Positions 20,024 to 28,971 of a stretch of DNA of 64,000 nucleotides are shown piece by piece. The notes below the pieces were generated by a model that was given only the letters and a program-made list of their open reading frames with translations, was not told the origin of the DNA and did not search any database. The stretch spans positions 23,297 through 87,296 of the forward strand of contig JBGPQP010000003.1 in assembly GCA_041489155.1 (NCBI GenBank), read 5' to 3'. The position numbers and the translations under genes are program-made. The number at the start of each line of letters is the position of its first letter. The stretch's first letter is position 1. Source of the DNA: Candidatus Aenigmatarchaeota archaeon. GTDB lineage: Archaea; Aenigmatarchaeota; Aenigmatarchaeia; QMZP01; QMZT01.

Positions 20024-20509
20024 TCACAGCCTCTTGTAATTGTAAGTCTGTATCAGCCTGTTAGCAAGGCATTTTTCGCATATGTTTTTGATTTCCTTTT
20101 CCGTCAGGCTGCCGCTTATAACGTAAGTAGTTCCGGTCCTGACTTTCGCTCCATTTATGCCCATGACTTCTATCGCCTTCGCCACCGAAAGGCCGACGAC
20201 ATCCATGACGCCCGGCCTGAAAAACACTTCCACAACCCAGACGCCCCGCTTTTTTACGAGATTTTTCAGGTGTTTGCCGTCGAAGGCTGAGAAATTGAAA
20301 TACTGTATTATGCTGTCCGCGAGAAGTTCCCTGCCTGCTTTTTCGATGTCTTCTCTGTTCACATCGCCTTCTATCACGTAAGTCTGCAGCGTTTTTACTT
20401 CGCTGACCTTGGAAATTCCAAGGCCGATGATGTCGGCTTTCGTGTTCTCCCCAAGCGGATCCCTGTAACCGTCCTTGTAGCCCACTCCAGCAACCCACAT
20501 AAGCATCAA
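20024..20509 (-). CDS. purS: PurS, tandem (PurS-PurS) fusion
   Basis: 161 aa, about twice normal PurS length. Each half ends in a PurS-type motif (GRELLADSIIQYFNF and CEKCLANRLIQTYNY). It abuts purL with one nt between the genes. Confidence 0.75.
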   Translation of the reverse strand: MMLMWVAGVGYKDGYRDPLGENTKADIIGLGISKVSEVKTLQTYVIEGDVNREDIEKAGRELLADSIIQYFNFSAFDGKHLKNLVKKRGVWVVEVFFRPGVMDVVGLSVAKAIEVMGINGAKVRTGTTYVISGSLTEKEIKNICEKCLANRLIQTYNYKRL

Positions 20510-20640
20510 TACATTAACTATGCCCGACTGTTATAAAAATCTGAGTTTTCCGCTGCATGTCAGCGGTTTTTTCAGAAAATAGTTCGGGTTCCGTACGATA
20601 AAATTATAAAGCCTTCCGACACCATAATATTCTAATAATT

Positions 20641-21219
20641 ATGTCCGGCTTCATGAAGCACATACTGAGAAGGGAGATGCTTTCCCAGAGAAACAAGCAG
20701 AAAGGAGAGGTGAAACTGGAAAAGGACGCCATGATAAAAGAGAAACTCCTCTCGCTTAACGAATACAAGAAATCAAAGATAATCCTTTTCTATGTGTCTA
20801 TAAGGGGCGAAGTCAAAACCGAAGACATGCTGTCCCAGGCCCTCAGGGAAGGCAAAAGGGTTCTGGTTCCGTTCGTTAACGTGAAGAAAAAACTGATGTT
20901 GATTTCAGAGATACACGACCTTAACGAGCTTTCGCCGGGAGCGTTTGGCATACCTGTCCCCACGCATCCCAAGAAATTCCCCCTTGACAAGATAGACCTT
21001 ATGGTAGTCCCCGGCATAGCCTTTGACAGGAAGGGCAACAGGGTCGGCTACGGGACGGGCTTCTACGACAGATTCCTCAAGAGGCTCAAGAGGAATGTGC
21101 CCGTCATCGCGCTGGCTTACGACTTCCAGATAGTCCCGAAGATAATGCCCGACAAATACGACGTCAGGATCCACAAGATAGTCACCGAGAACGAAGTCAT
21201 CAGCTGCAGGAAAAGGTAA
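20641..21219 (+). CDS. 5-formyltetrahydrofolate cyclo-ligase
   Basis: 192 aa with MVVPGIAFDRKGNRVGYGTGFYDRFL, the family signature. Confidence 0.85.
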   Translation: MSGFMKHILRREMLSQRNKQKGEVKLEKDAMIKEKLLSLNEYKKSKIILFYVSIRGEVKTEDMLSQALREGKRVLVPFVNVKKKLMLISEIHDLNELSPGAFGIPVPTHPKKFPLDKIDLMVVPGIAFDRKGNRVGYGTGFYDRFLKRLKRNVPVIALAYDFQIVPKIMPDKYDVRIHKIVTENEVISCRKR

Positions 21220-21222
21220 CTT

Positions 21223-22527
21223 CTATTTTTTCAGGTCAACGTTTTCATTGAACTCGCGACCCATTCTTGCTTTCTTCCTGAACCATATCTCTCTCGCTTC
21301 CGCGACCGTGAAGAGCGAGCCGGTGACAAGAATCAGATCGTTTTTTCCCGCAAGCTGCATCGCCTTCCTCACAGCGTCCTTCACGTCGTAGATAACGAGA
21401 AAGTCCTTGCCTTGTTTTTTCACTTCCTTCGCAAGTTCGCAGGGATCCGCTCCTCTCCCCAGCACCTTGTGCTTCGTGAGAATGAAAAAGTCTGTCTTTC
21501 TGCCCGTCTCATGAAGCATTTTTGGTATGAGCTTGTCTTCTGACGCGCTGAAGACTGTGTAAAGTTTCCTGTATTTTATCAGGTCGAGCGAGTTCATAAG
21601 ATGTCTCATGGAATCGGAATCCTTCGCCCCGTCGAGCAGGATTTTCTTTCCCCTTCCAACCATTTCGAACCTTCCCGGCCATTTCACTTTTTCAAGACCT
21701 TTCTTTATCGCTTCATTTGGAATCTCTTCTTTCATCGAATTCAAAGCGGTAAGAGCGCAGGCGATATTCTTCAGCTGGTATGTGCCTGCAAGGGGAACGA
21801 AGATTTTCATGCCCCTGAATTTAATCTCGTTGCCGCGCAGAAATGATTTCGCGCCTCTAAGCCTTTTCGCGCGCACGAATTTCGCTTTCCTGTCCTTGCA
21901 TATTTTCCTGAGGACGGCGATGGCGTCGGGATTCTCGGCTCCGGTGACCAGAACTCCTCCTTCGTTCAATATGCCTGCTTTCTCCCTCGTTATTTTTTCC
22001 ACAGTGTCACCGAGTATCCTGATGTGCTCCAAAGAGACGTTAGTTATTATTGAAACCTCCGGCTTGACTGTGTTCGTCGCATCCAGCCTTCCGCCGAGCC
22101 CTACCTCAAGGACGGCGATGTCGATTTTTTTCTCCCTGAAATATTCGAACGCCATCGCTGTCACGAATTCGAAGAAAGTCGGGCATTCAAAATCCCTGCT
22201 CACATCGTCTGCGAAGGGTTTGATTTTTTCAACGAGCCTTATGAAATCGCTTTCCGGAATCATCTGCCTGTTAACCTTGATACGTTCCCTGAAATCGAAA
22301 AGGTGAGGTTTTGTGAAAACGCCCGTCCTGTAACCCGCTTCCTTCAGAACCGAGCCTATCATTACAGTCGTAGAGCCCTTGCCACTCGTCCCGCCGACAA
22401 GGACTGAGCGGAAGCTGTCCTGCGGGTTGCCGAGGAGTTCTAGAAGTTTTTGTATTCGCTCCAGGCCAAGCTTTATGCCGAACCTGTTCAGTTTCTGGAT
22501 GTAGTCGGTCGCCTCTATATAATTCAT
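21223..22527 (-). CDS. folC: Folylpolyglutamate synthase / dihydrofolate synthase
   Basis: 434 aa. Mur-ligase P-loop VGGTSGKGSTTVM and the FolC-type N-terminus (YIQKLNRFGIKLGLERIQKLL). Confidence 0.85.
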   Translation of the reverse strand: MNYIEATDYIQKLNRFGIKLGLERIQKLLELLGNPQDSFRSVLVGGTSGKGSTTVMIGSVLKEAGYRTGVFTKPHLFDFRERIKVNRQMIPESDFIRLVEKIKPFADDVSRDFECPTFFEFVTAMAFEYFREKKIDIAVLEVGLGGRLDATNTVKPEVSIITNVSLEHIRILGDTVEKITREKAGILNEGGVLVTGAENPDAIAVLRKICKDRKAKFVRAKRLRGAKSFLRGNEIKFRGMKIFVPLAGTYQLKNIACALTALNSMKEEIPNEAIKKGLEKVKWPGRFEMVGRGKKILLDGAKDSDSMRHLMNSLDLIKYRKLYTVFSASEDKLIPKMLHETGRKTDFFILTKHKVLGRGADPCELAKEVKKQGKDFLVIYDVKDAVRKAMQLAGKNDLILVTGSLFTVAEAREIWFRKKARMGREFNENVDLKK

Positions 22528-22552
22528 AAAAGAAATAATTGCTCTCCGCTTT

Positions 22553-24115
22553 TTAATGCTTGAACATGCGCCTGCCGGTGAAGATCATCGCAACGCCTGC
22601 GCTGTTGCATGCCTCTATAACTTCCTTATCCTTGACTGAGCCGCCCGGTTGGATTATGAAGCGAAGCCCGTTTTTTGCTGCTTCCTCTATCGAGTCCGGA
22701 AACGGGAAAAACGAATCGCTGGCAAGGACGCATTTCGAAATTTCGCTTTCGCTTAGTTTCATGCTACTCAGGTTTTCTTTCGCCTTTTCCACCGCTATTT
22801 TCAACGAAGTCACGCGGTTAGGCTGGCCCGCGCCCATACCGATTATGTGATACAAGCCGTGCCTGTATTCGCGCGCAATCACGACTGCGTTCGACTTCGT
22901 GTGCTTGCATGCGAGGCAGGCGAAGAGCGCGATATCCTTTTTGGCGTCTGGGAACCCGCTTTTCGTCACGGTCTTGAACTCGCTTTTACCCGCGTAGCCG
23001 ATGTCGCTTTCCTGTTCGAGGACCGCTGCCTTCAGGAACCTGTAATTTTTCCCGCTCTGGGAGAAATCTCCGAGTTCGATGAGCCTCAGGTTCTTTTTTG
23101 CGTCCAGAATCTTGATGGCGTCGGCATCAAATTCCGGCGCGATTATTACCTCGACAAATTTGTCCTTGAGGAATTCTGCCGCATCCTTGTCGACCGGTTT
23201 CGTAACGGCGACCACGCCTCCGAACGCTGATATGGGGTCGCCTTTCCAGGCGTTTTCCAGTGCCTCCCTCGCGTTCTCGCCGGTGGCGTAACCGCACGGG
23301 TTGGTGTGTTTTATTATGGCGGCGCCTGTTCCGTCCATGAGATCTCCTGCAGCGTCGACCGCGCTCTGGGCGTCAAGGTAATTGTTGTAAGACATCTCCT
23401 TGCCCTGGAGCTGTTTGGCGCTGGCTAGCGAGATTCCCTTGCCCGCGAAAATCTTAGCCTTCTGATGCCAGTTCTCTCCGTATCGCAGCGGCCTGCCGCC
23501 CGTGAATTTCAGGCGCAGGACTTCTTCGCTTGCGAATTTCCTCGAAAGGAAGCTCTCTATGTCGCCGTCGTAATCTGCTGTCATGCTGAAAGCTTTCAGT
23601 GAAAGAAGCTCTCTCGTTTTCAGGTCGACGTCCTTCCTTCCGTTCAGCTGCTTCACTATCATTTCATAATCATTAGGATCGGTCACGACCACCACGTCCC
23701 TGTAATTCTTCGCCGACGAGCGAATTAGGGCAGGGCCACCTATGTCGATATTCTCGATGATTTCCTCGAAAGACGCGCCGGCTTCAGCAGTCTTCCTGAA
23801 CTGGTAAAGATTCACAACGACCATGTCTATAGGCGATATGCCATGCGCCTTCGCCTGCTCCATGTGCCTACTGTCATCTCTGCGTGCGAGAATGCCGCCG
23901 TGGACTTTCGGATGCAGCGTCTTTACGCGGCCATCCATCATCTCGGGGAAGCCAGTGTGCTCCTCGATGAGTTTGACTTTGACTCCGTTCTCTTTCAGAA
24001 TTTTCGCAGTGCCGCCGGTCGAAATTATCTCAACGCCGAACTTCTCAAGGGCCTTCGCGAAATCGACTATGCCCGTCTTGTCGGTTACAGAAATCAAGGC
24101 GCGCCTGATTCTCAT
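22553..24115 (-). CDS. purH: Bifunctional AICAR transformylase / IMP cyclohydrolase
   Basis: 520 aa. N-terminal MGS-like IMPCH domain (RALISVTDKTG...STGGTA) followed by the AICARFT domain, ending ...RRMFKH. Confidence 0.95.
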   Translation of the reverse strand: MRIRRALISVTDKTGIVDFAKALEKFGVEIISTGGTAKILKENGVKVKLIEEHTGFPEMMDGRVKTLHPKVHGGILARRDDSRHMEQAKAHGISPIDMVVVNLYQFRKTAEAGASFEEIIENIDIGGPALIRSSAKNYRDVVVVTDPNDYEMIVKQLNGRKDVDLKTRELLSLKAFSMTADYDGDIESFLSRKFASEEVLRLKFTGGRPLRYGENWHQKAKIFAGKGISLASAKQLQGKEMSYNNYLDAQSAVDAAGDLMDGTGAAIIKHTNPCGYATGENAREALENAWKGDPISAFGGVVAVTKPVDKDAAEFLKDKFVEVIIAPEFDADAIKILDAKKNLRLIELGDFSQSGKNYRFLKAAVLEQESDIGYAGKSEFKTVTKSGFPDAKKDIALFACLACKHTKSNAVVIAREYRHGLYHIIGMGAGQPNRVTSLKIAVEKAKENLSSMKLSESEISKCVLASDSFFPFPDSIEEAAKNGLRFIIQPGGSVKDKEVIEACNSAGVAMIFTGRRMFKH

Positions 24116-24726
24116 GTGAGTACCCTCACCTTGTTGCCCTCTACCTTGAGCTTGCCGGAAGAGAAAAGCTTTATTGCTTCAAGAATTACATCCTGCTCTG
24201 CCTTCTGCACTTTCGCTTTCAGCGTTTCGGCTGTCTCGTTTTCGTCGACAGCGACTGGCCTCTGCATTATTATCGGTCCCCTGTCCACGTCCGGCGTGAC
24301 GAAGTGCAGCGTGCAGCCTGTGACCTTCAGGCCCAAGTTGAGCACTTCCTCATGGACGTTTATGTCCCTGCCGCCTGAAAACAAAGGCAGCAGCGACGGG
24401 TGGATATTCATTATTTTGTTATCGTAATGCTTGCAGAACCACGGCGAAAGGACTTTCATGAAGCCTATGAGCAGAATAAGGTCAACGCCTCTCTTGTCGA
24501 GTTCGTGCGCAGCAGCCTTGTCGAACAGCACCTGCTTGCCTCCCTCGTACTCGAGGAATATCGCGTCAATGCCGTGCGATCTCGCCCTTTCAAGAATCGG
24601 CGCGTCCTCCTTGTTCGAGACGACGCAGACAATCTGCGCGTCCAACTGCCTCTTTTCGATCGCGTCTATAATCGCCTGCATGTCCGTTCCTTTTGTCGAA
24701 CCCAGTACGCCAAGTTTTATCGTCAT
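24112..24726 (-). CDS. purN: GAR transformylase (folate-dependent)
   Basis: Track ORF extends to 24747. I prefer the ATG at 24726 (MTIKLGVLGS...), which is preceded by GGTGGGTGG. Has the NIHPSLLP catalytic motif and overlaps purH by 4 nt. Confidence 0.9.
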   Translation of the reverse strand: MTIKLGVLGSTKGTDMQAIIDAIEKRQLDAQIVCVVSNKEDAPILERARSHGIDAIFLEYEGGKQVLFDKAAAHELDKRGVDLILLIGFMKVLSPWFCKHYDNKIMNIHPSLLPLFSGGRDINVHEEVLNLGLKVTGCTLHFVTPDVDRGPIIMQRPVAVDENETAETLKAKVQKAEQDVILEAIKLFSSGKLKVEGNKVRVLT

Positions 24727-24815
24727 CACACACCACCCACCTACCAAATTAGTATGATATATAATCCAAATTGTTTTTGTCTTTTAAAAATTAAATTCTA
24801 TAAAATCCTGAGAAA

Positions 24816-25040
24816 TTATAACTGTACCTTTAGCCCAGCTTGTCTATTGTTCATCTTTTCAATGATAGCTTTAATAGCAGGTTCATATGAGCCCGAGATA
24901 GTGAGTGTGGCTTCTCGTTCGTCAATCCCCATGTATGGCGGACAACAATTCCTTCTTAAGTAATTTGACTTGATCATATCTCTTGCGACGTATAATTGGC
25001 CTATGTACCTTTTTGAGTTGACAGCGAGCTTAAAACTCAT
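24816..25040 (-). CDS. Hypothetical 74-aa protein inside an AT-rich spacer
   Basis: The only ORF in the AT-rich gap between purN and folD. I recognise no motif. Confidence 0.3.
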   Translation of the reverse strand: MSFKLAVNSKRYIGQLYVARDMIKSNYLRRNCCPPYMGIDEREATLTISGSYEPAIKAIIEKMNNRQAGLKVQL

Positions 25041-25082
25041 CTTAACTTAAAGGTAGTTAAATTATTTAAATATTGCGTACAG

Positions 25083-25934
25083 CTATTTCTGGAGCATTCT
25101 CTCCGCAGAAATGACGGTGTTCTCGAGGACCATCGCGACCGTGAGAGGGCCGACGCCGCCGGGTACGGGCGTGATGTAAGAGGCGACGTTCCTAACGCGG
25201 TCGAAATCTACGTCGCCGAGTATCCTGCTGCCCATGCGGTTCGTCCCCACGTCGATGACTACCGCGTCCTTCTTGACCATATCAGCCGTGACGAAATTCG
25301 CCTTACCCACCGCAGCGAAAAGAATGTCCGCATTTTTCGTGTGGCTTTTCAAATCGCTTGTCTTCGAGTGGCACATCGTCGCTGTGGCGTTCCTTTTTAT
25401 GAGCATGAACAGCAACGGCTTGCCCACGATGTTGCTCCTGCCGATGACGACGGCGTTCTTTCCCTCGATGGGAATGCGTTCATGTTCGAGCATCTTCATT
25501 ATACCCTTCGGCGTGCAAGGCTCGAATGTTTCGTCGCCTGCCATGAGCCTGCCGAGGCTGCAGGTGGTCAGGCCGTCAACATCTTTCGTGATTGTTATGG
25601 TATCGAGGATTTTCTGCTCGTCCATCTGCGAGGGCAGCGGAAGCTGCACGAGTATGCCGTGGACATACCTGTCTGCGTTGAGTTTTTCTATGAGCCTTAT
25701 CACGTCCTCCTGCTTCGCATTTCTGCCGAACATGTGGAGTTCGGCTTTCATCCCGGTCTCTTCCGAAGCCTTCATTTTTGCCTTTACGTAAATTTCCGAA
25801 GCGGCGTTGTCGCCGACAAGAAGTATGTCAAGTTTCGGCGTTATGCCTTTCTTTTTCAGAGTATTGATGCGGCTCCTGAGTTGGCCGAGAATTTCAGCTG
25901 AAATCTTCCTGCCATCAAGAATTTTCGCTGCCAT
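25083..25934 (-). CDS. folD: Methylene-THF dehydrogenase / methenyl-THF cyclohydrolase
   Basis: 283 aa. FolD signatures YVKAKMKA, GILVQLPLP and PVPGGVGPLTVAML. Confidence 0.92.
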   Translation of the reverse strand: MAAKILDGRKISAEILGQLRSRINTLKKKGITPKLDILLVGDNAASEIYVKAKMKASEETGMKAELHMFGRNAKQEDVIRLIEKLNADRYVHGILVQLPLPSQMDEQKILDTITITKDVDGLTTCSLGRLMAGDETFEPCTPKGIMKMLEHERIPIEGKNAVVIGRSNIVGKPLLFMLIKRNATATMCHSKTSDLKSHTKNADILFAAVGKANFVTADMVKKDAVVIDVGTNRMGSRILGDVDFDRVRNVASYITPVPGGVGPLTVAMVLENTVISAERMLQK

Positions 25935-27241
25935 TATTTCGACCTTATCGCTTCCATGTGCCTTATGCGTTTCTCGATGAGCGCTCTGGTGCCTATGTCG
26001 GGCCTGTGGAACACGTTCCCCTTCACGGACCTTATTGCTTCTTCTGCAATCCTCTCAGCCTGCCAGAAATCGCTGGAAATGCCGACGAAAGCGATTGCCC
26101 TCGAGCCGCTCATGTAAAGCCCGTCAGGTTTCTGGTCAACTGACGCGAAGTACATCCTGGCGGCAGTCGAAGACGGGACTTCTACCTTCTCCCCCCTGAC
26201 GGGGTTGTCCGGATAGCCTTTCGGTACCACGTATTTGCAGACAGTCGCTTTTTTATCGAACATCGCTCCGGTTTTCGAAAGGTTGTTTATGACGCCGTAA
26301 CACAGGTCTATGAAGTCGCTTGTGAGTATCGGAAGCACGTTCATCGTTTCCGGGTCGCCGAGCCTCGCGTTGTATTCGAGAAGCTTGATGCCGTCTTTCG
26401 TTACCATGAAGCCTCCGTACATGACCCCCCTGTAAAGCGTTCCGGTCTCTTTCAGTATCGCTTTCGCCACCAGTTCGGTTATCCTGTGGGCCTCTTCTAT
26501 CTCGCTTTTAGTGATGAAAGGTAGCAGATGGTCGGAGCAGGAATACGAGCCCATGCCGCCGGTGTTCGGTCCCTCGTCGTTGACGTACGCGCGCTTGTGA
26601 TCTTGGGCAGGCGGGCTGTCGAGCACGAAGCGTCCGTCCGTGAAGCTCTGCAGAGAGAACTCCTCGCCCTCCAGCTTCTCTTCCACTATCACCGAGGCAT
26701 GCTGTTTCAAAACCTCTTCCGCATACCTCAGGGCGTCATTAACGTCCTTCAGGTGTTCGCCGTGCACCATCACTCCCTTGCCACCCGTGAGGCCGTCGGG
26801 TTTCACGACGAATGAATCGAGCGACTGCAAAAACTCTTTAATGCCATCCATGCTGGTGAAGGCCCTGAACTCCGGCAGGCCCGGAACCCTGTGCTTTTCC
26901 ATGAGCAAACGAGCGAAAGATTTCGAGGTCTCGAGTCTCGCCAAGTCCTTCGTCGGGCCGACCGAAGGGATGCCGATCTTCGCCAGCGCGTCCACCACGC
27001 CGTAGTCAAGCGGCGCCTCAGGGCCGACGACGCAGAAATCCGCGGCAACATGCCTTGCGAAACTGGTTATCCTTTCAAGGTCCTTGTAATCGCCCTGCTC
27101 GCATTTCTGCGACAGCGAGCGGATCCCCGGGTTGTTTGATTTCATGTAGGAAAAAAGCTCGTGATGCTGCGGAGAATTGCGTATCGCCTCGGCGATCGAG
27201 TGTTCCCGGGCGCCGTTGCCGACGAGCAGCACTTTAATCAT
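25934..27241 (-). CDS. purD: Phosphoribosylamine-glycine ligase
   Basis: 435 aa. VLLVGNGAREH N-terminus and an ATP-grasp core. The start of folD overlaps the purD stop by 1 nt. Confidence 0.92.
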   Translation of the reverse strand: MIKVLLVGNGAREHSIAEAIRNSPQHHELFSYMKSNNPGIRSLSQKCEQGDYKDLERITSFARHVAADFCVVGPEAPLDYGVVDALAKIGIPSVGPTKDLARLETSKSFARLLMEKHRVPGLPEFRAFTSMDGIKEFLQSLDSFVVKPDGLTGGKGVMVHGEHLKDVNDALRYAEEVLKQHASVIVEEKLEGEEFSLQSFTDGRFVLDSPPAQDHKRAYVNDEGPNTGGMGSYSCSDHLLPFITKSEIEEAHRITELVAKAILKETGTLYRGVMYGGFMVTKDGIKLLEYNARLGDPETMNVLPILTSDFIDLCYGVINNLSKTGAMFDKKATVCKYVVPKGYPDNPVRGEKVEVPSSTAARMYFASVDQKPDGLYMSGSRAIAFVGISSDFWQAERIAEEAIRSVKGNVFHRPDIGTRALIEKRIRHMEAIRSK

Positions 27242-27293
27242 ACCAAGATATTCGATTACTGGTTTTTAAAAATAATGCAGACAGATTGTTAGT

Positions 27294-27947
27294 ATGGAAC
27301 GCGACAGAGGCAACATCGAGCCGAAGAAAATCCAGGAGTTCGCCGACCTACGCGGCAAGGAAGTCCTTGAGATCGGCTGCGGAGACGGGCGCATTTCGCG
27401 GTTTCTCGCGAAGGCCGCGAAAAGGCTGACCGCGATAGACCCTGATGCAAAGGCGATAGAGAAAGCGAAACTCAAAACCGCTGACGCGGATTTCAGGGTC
27501 GGCTCAGGTGAGAGCTTGGAATTCGGGAACGAGGCTTTCGATATCGTCGTCTTCACCCTCTCTCTCCATCACCAGGACGCAGCTAAGGCGGTGGCAGAAG
27601 CGCGCAGGGTTTTGAGGAAAAACGGCCAGTTGCTAATCATCGAGCCTGCACATGACGGCGAGGTTCAGAAACTTTTCAATCTGCTGCGGAGTGAGAGGCA
27701 CGATCTTAAAAACGCGCTCGAAACGATAAGAAAAAGCGCCTTCTTTCCCGAAAGGGAAGAGACGTTTTTCACCACGTGGTCCTTCGCTGACAGGGAGGAA
27801 TTGTACCAGCGCTATTTCGAGCATTACGGCGCGCCGAGGGATGAAAGGATAATCTACGAGATAAACAGCTTCCTCGGCGCGAAGATAAACGAGAAGCCCA
27901 TCATCCTCAGCGACAAGCTGCTGATTTTTTCCCTGCGGAAGAAATGA
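27294..27947 (+). CDS. Class I SAM-dependent methyltransferase
   Basis: 217 aa. Motif I VLEIGCGDGR and a post-I acidic residue. Confidence 0.75.
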   Translation: MERDRGNIEPKKIQEFADLRGKEVLEIGCGDGRISRFLAKAAKRLTAIDPDAKAIEKAKLKTADADFRVGSGESLEFGNEAFDIVVFTLSLHHQDAAKAVAEARRVLRKNGQLLIIEPAHDGEVQKLFNLLRSERHDLKNALETIRKSAFFPEREETFFTTWSFADREELYQRYFEHYGAPRDERIIYEINSFLGAKINEKPIILSDKLLIFSLRKK

Positions 27948-27989
27948 ATCGGTTTTCATTTTATATGCTCATTTTCATAATTTTTCTTT

Positions 27990-28964
27990 ATGATATGCCT
28001 AGGCATAGAATCCACCGCGCACACCTTCGGCATCGGCATCTGCGACGGTAAAGGCAAAGTTCTCGCTAACGAACGCTCGGTTTACAAGCCGAAGGCTGGC
28101 TGGGGCATCATCCCGATGGATGCGGCGAAGCATCACGAGGAAGCTAAACAGCCAGTGCTTCGTGCGGCGCTGGAAAAGGCGAATTTGAGAGCGGAAGACA
28201 TCGACGTAATCGCATATTCGCGCGGGCCCGGACTGCCACCGTGTTTGTACAGAGGTCTGGAACTTGCAAAAGAGCTTTCACAAAAACACAAGCTTCCGGT
28301 TGTGGATGTCAACCACTGCATCGCGCATGTAGAAATCGGAAGACTCACTTCGAAGTTCAAAGACCCGGTCGTCGTTTACGTTTCCGGTGGCAACACGCAG
28401 ATTATCTCCTTCGCTTCCGGCCGCTACCGCGTGTTCGGCGAATGCATGGACATGGGAATCGGAAACGCTCTCGACAAGTTCGGCCGCGCGGTCGGCCTCG
28501 ACTTCCCGCAGGCGCCGAAAATCGAGCAGCTGGCGAAGGGAGGCAAATGGACCGAGCTGCCATACGTCGTCAAGGGAATGGATCTTTCCTTCTCGGGCAT
28601 CGTGACAGAATGCATCAAAAAACATCATAAAGGCGAGAAGCTTGAAGATATCTGCTATTCGATTCAGGAGGTCTTCTTTTCAATGTTGACAGAAGTCACG
28701 GAACGTGCGCTTGCGCATCTCGGCAAGGACCAGGTCCTGCTCACAGGCGGCGTCGCAGCGAACATGCGCCTGCAGGAAATGCTGAACAAAATGTGCGAAG
28801 AGCGAGAAGCGAAGTTCAAAGTGGTGCCGCGCGAATATTCGGGCGACAACGGCGCGATGATTGCATGGAATGGCATTCTTGCCAGCAAGTCTGGGCAGAA
28901 AAAAGAAGCGAAGGACATCGACCCGAGATGGCGCACGGACGACGTTGAAATACCCTGGCTCTAA
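27990..28964 (+). CDS. kae1: tRNA N6-adenosine threonylcarbamoyltransferase Kae1 (not fused to Bud32)
   Basis: 324 aa with ICLGIESTAHTFG, VNHCIAHVE (metal His pair) and SGDNGAMIA. Confidence 0.9.
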   Translation: MICLGIESTAHTFGIGICDGKGKVLANERSVYKPKAGWGIIPMDAAKHHEEAKQPVLRAALEKANLRAEDIDVIAYSRGPGLPPCLYRGLELAKELSQKHKLPVVDVNHCIAHVEIGRLTSKFKDPVVVYVSGGNTQIISFASGRYRVFGECMDMGIGNALDKFGRAVGLDFPQAPKIEQLAKGGKWTELPYVVKGMDLSFSGIVTECIKKHHKGEKLEDICYSIQEVFFSMLTEVTERALAHLGKDQVLLTGGVAANMRLQEMLNKMCEEREAKFKVVPREYSGDNGAMIAWNGILASKSGQKKEAKDIDPRWRTDDVEIPWL

Positions 28965-28971
28965 ACTCCCT

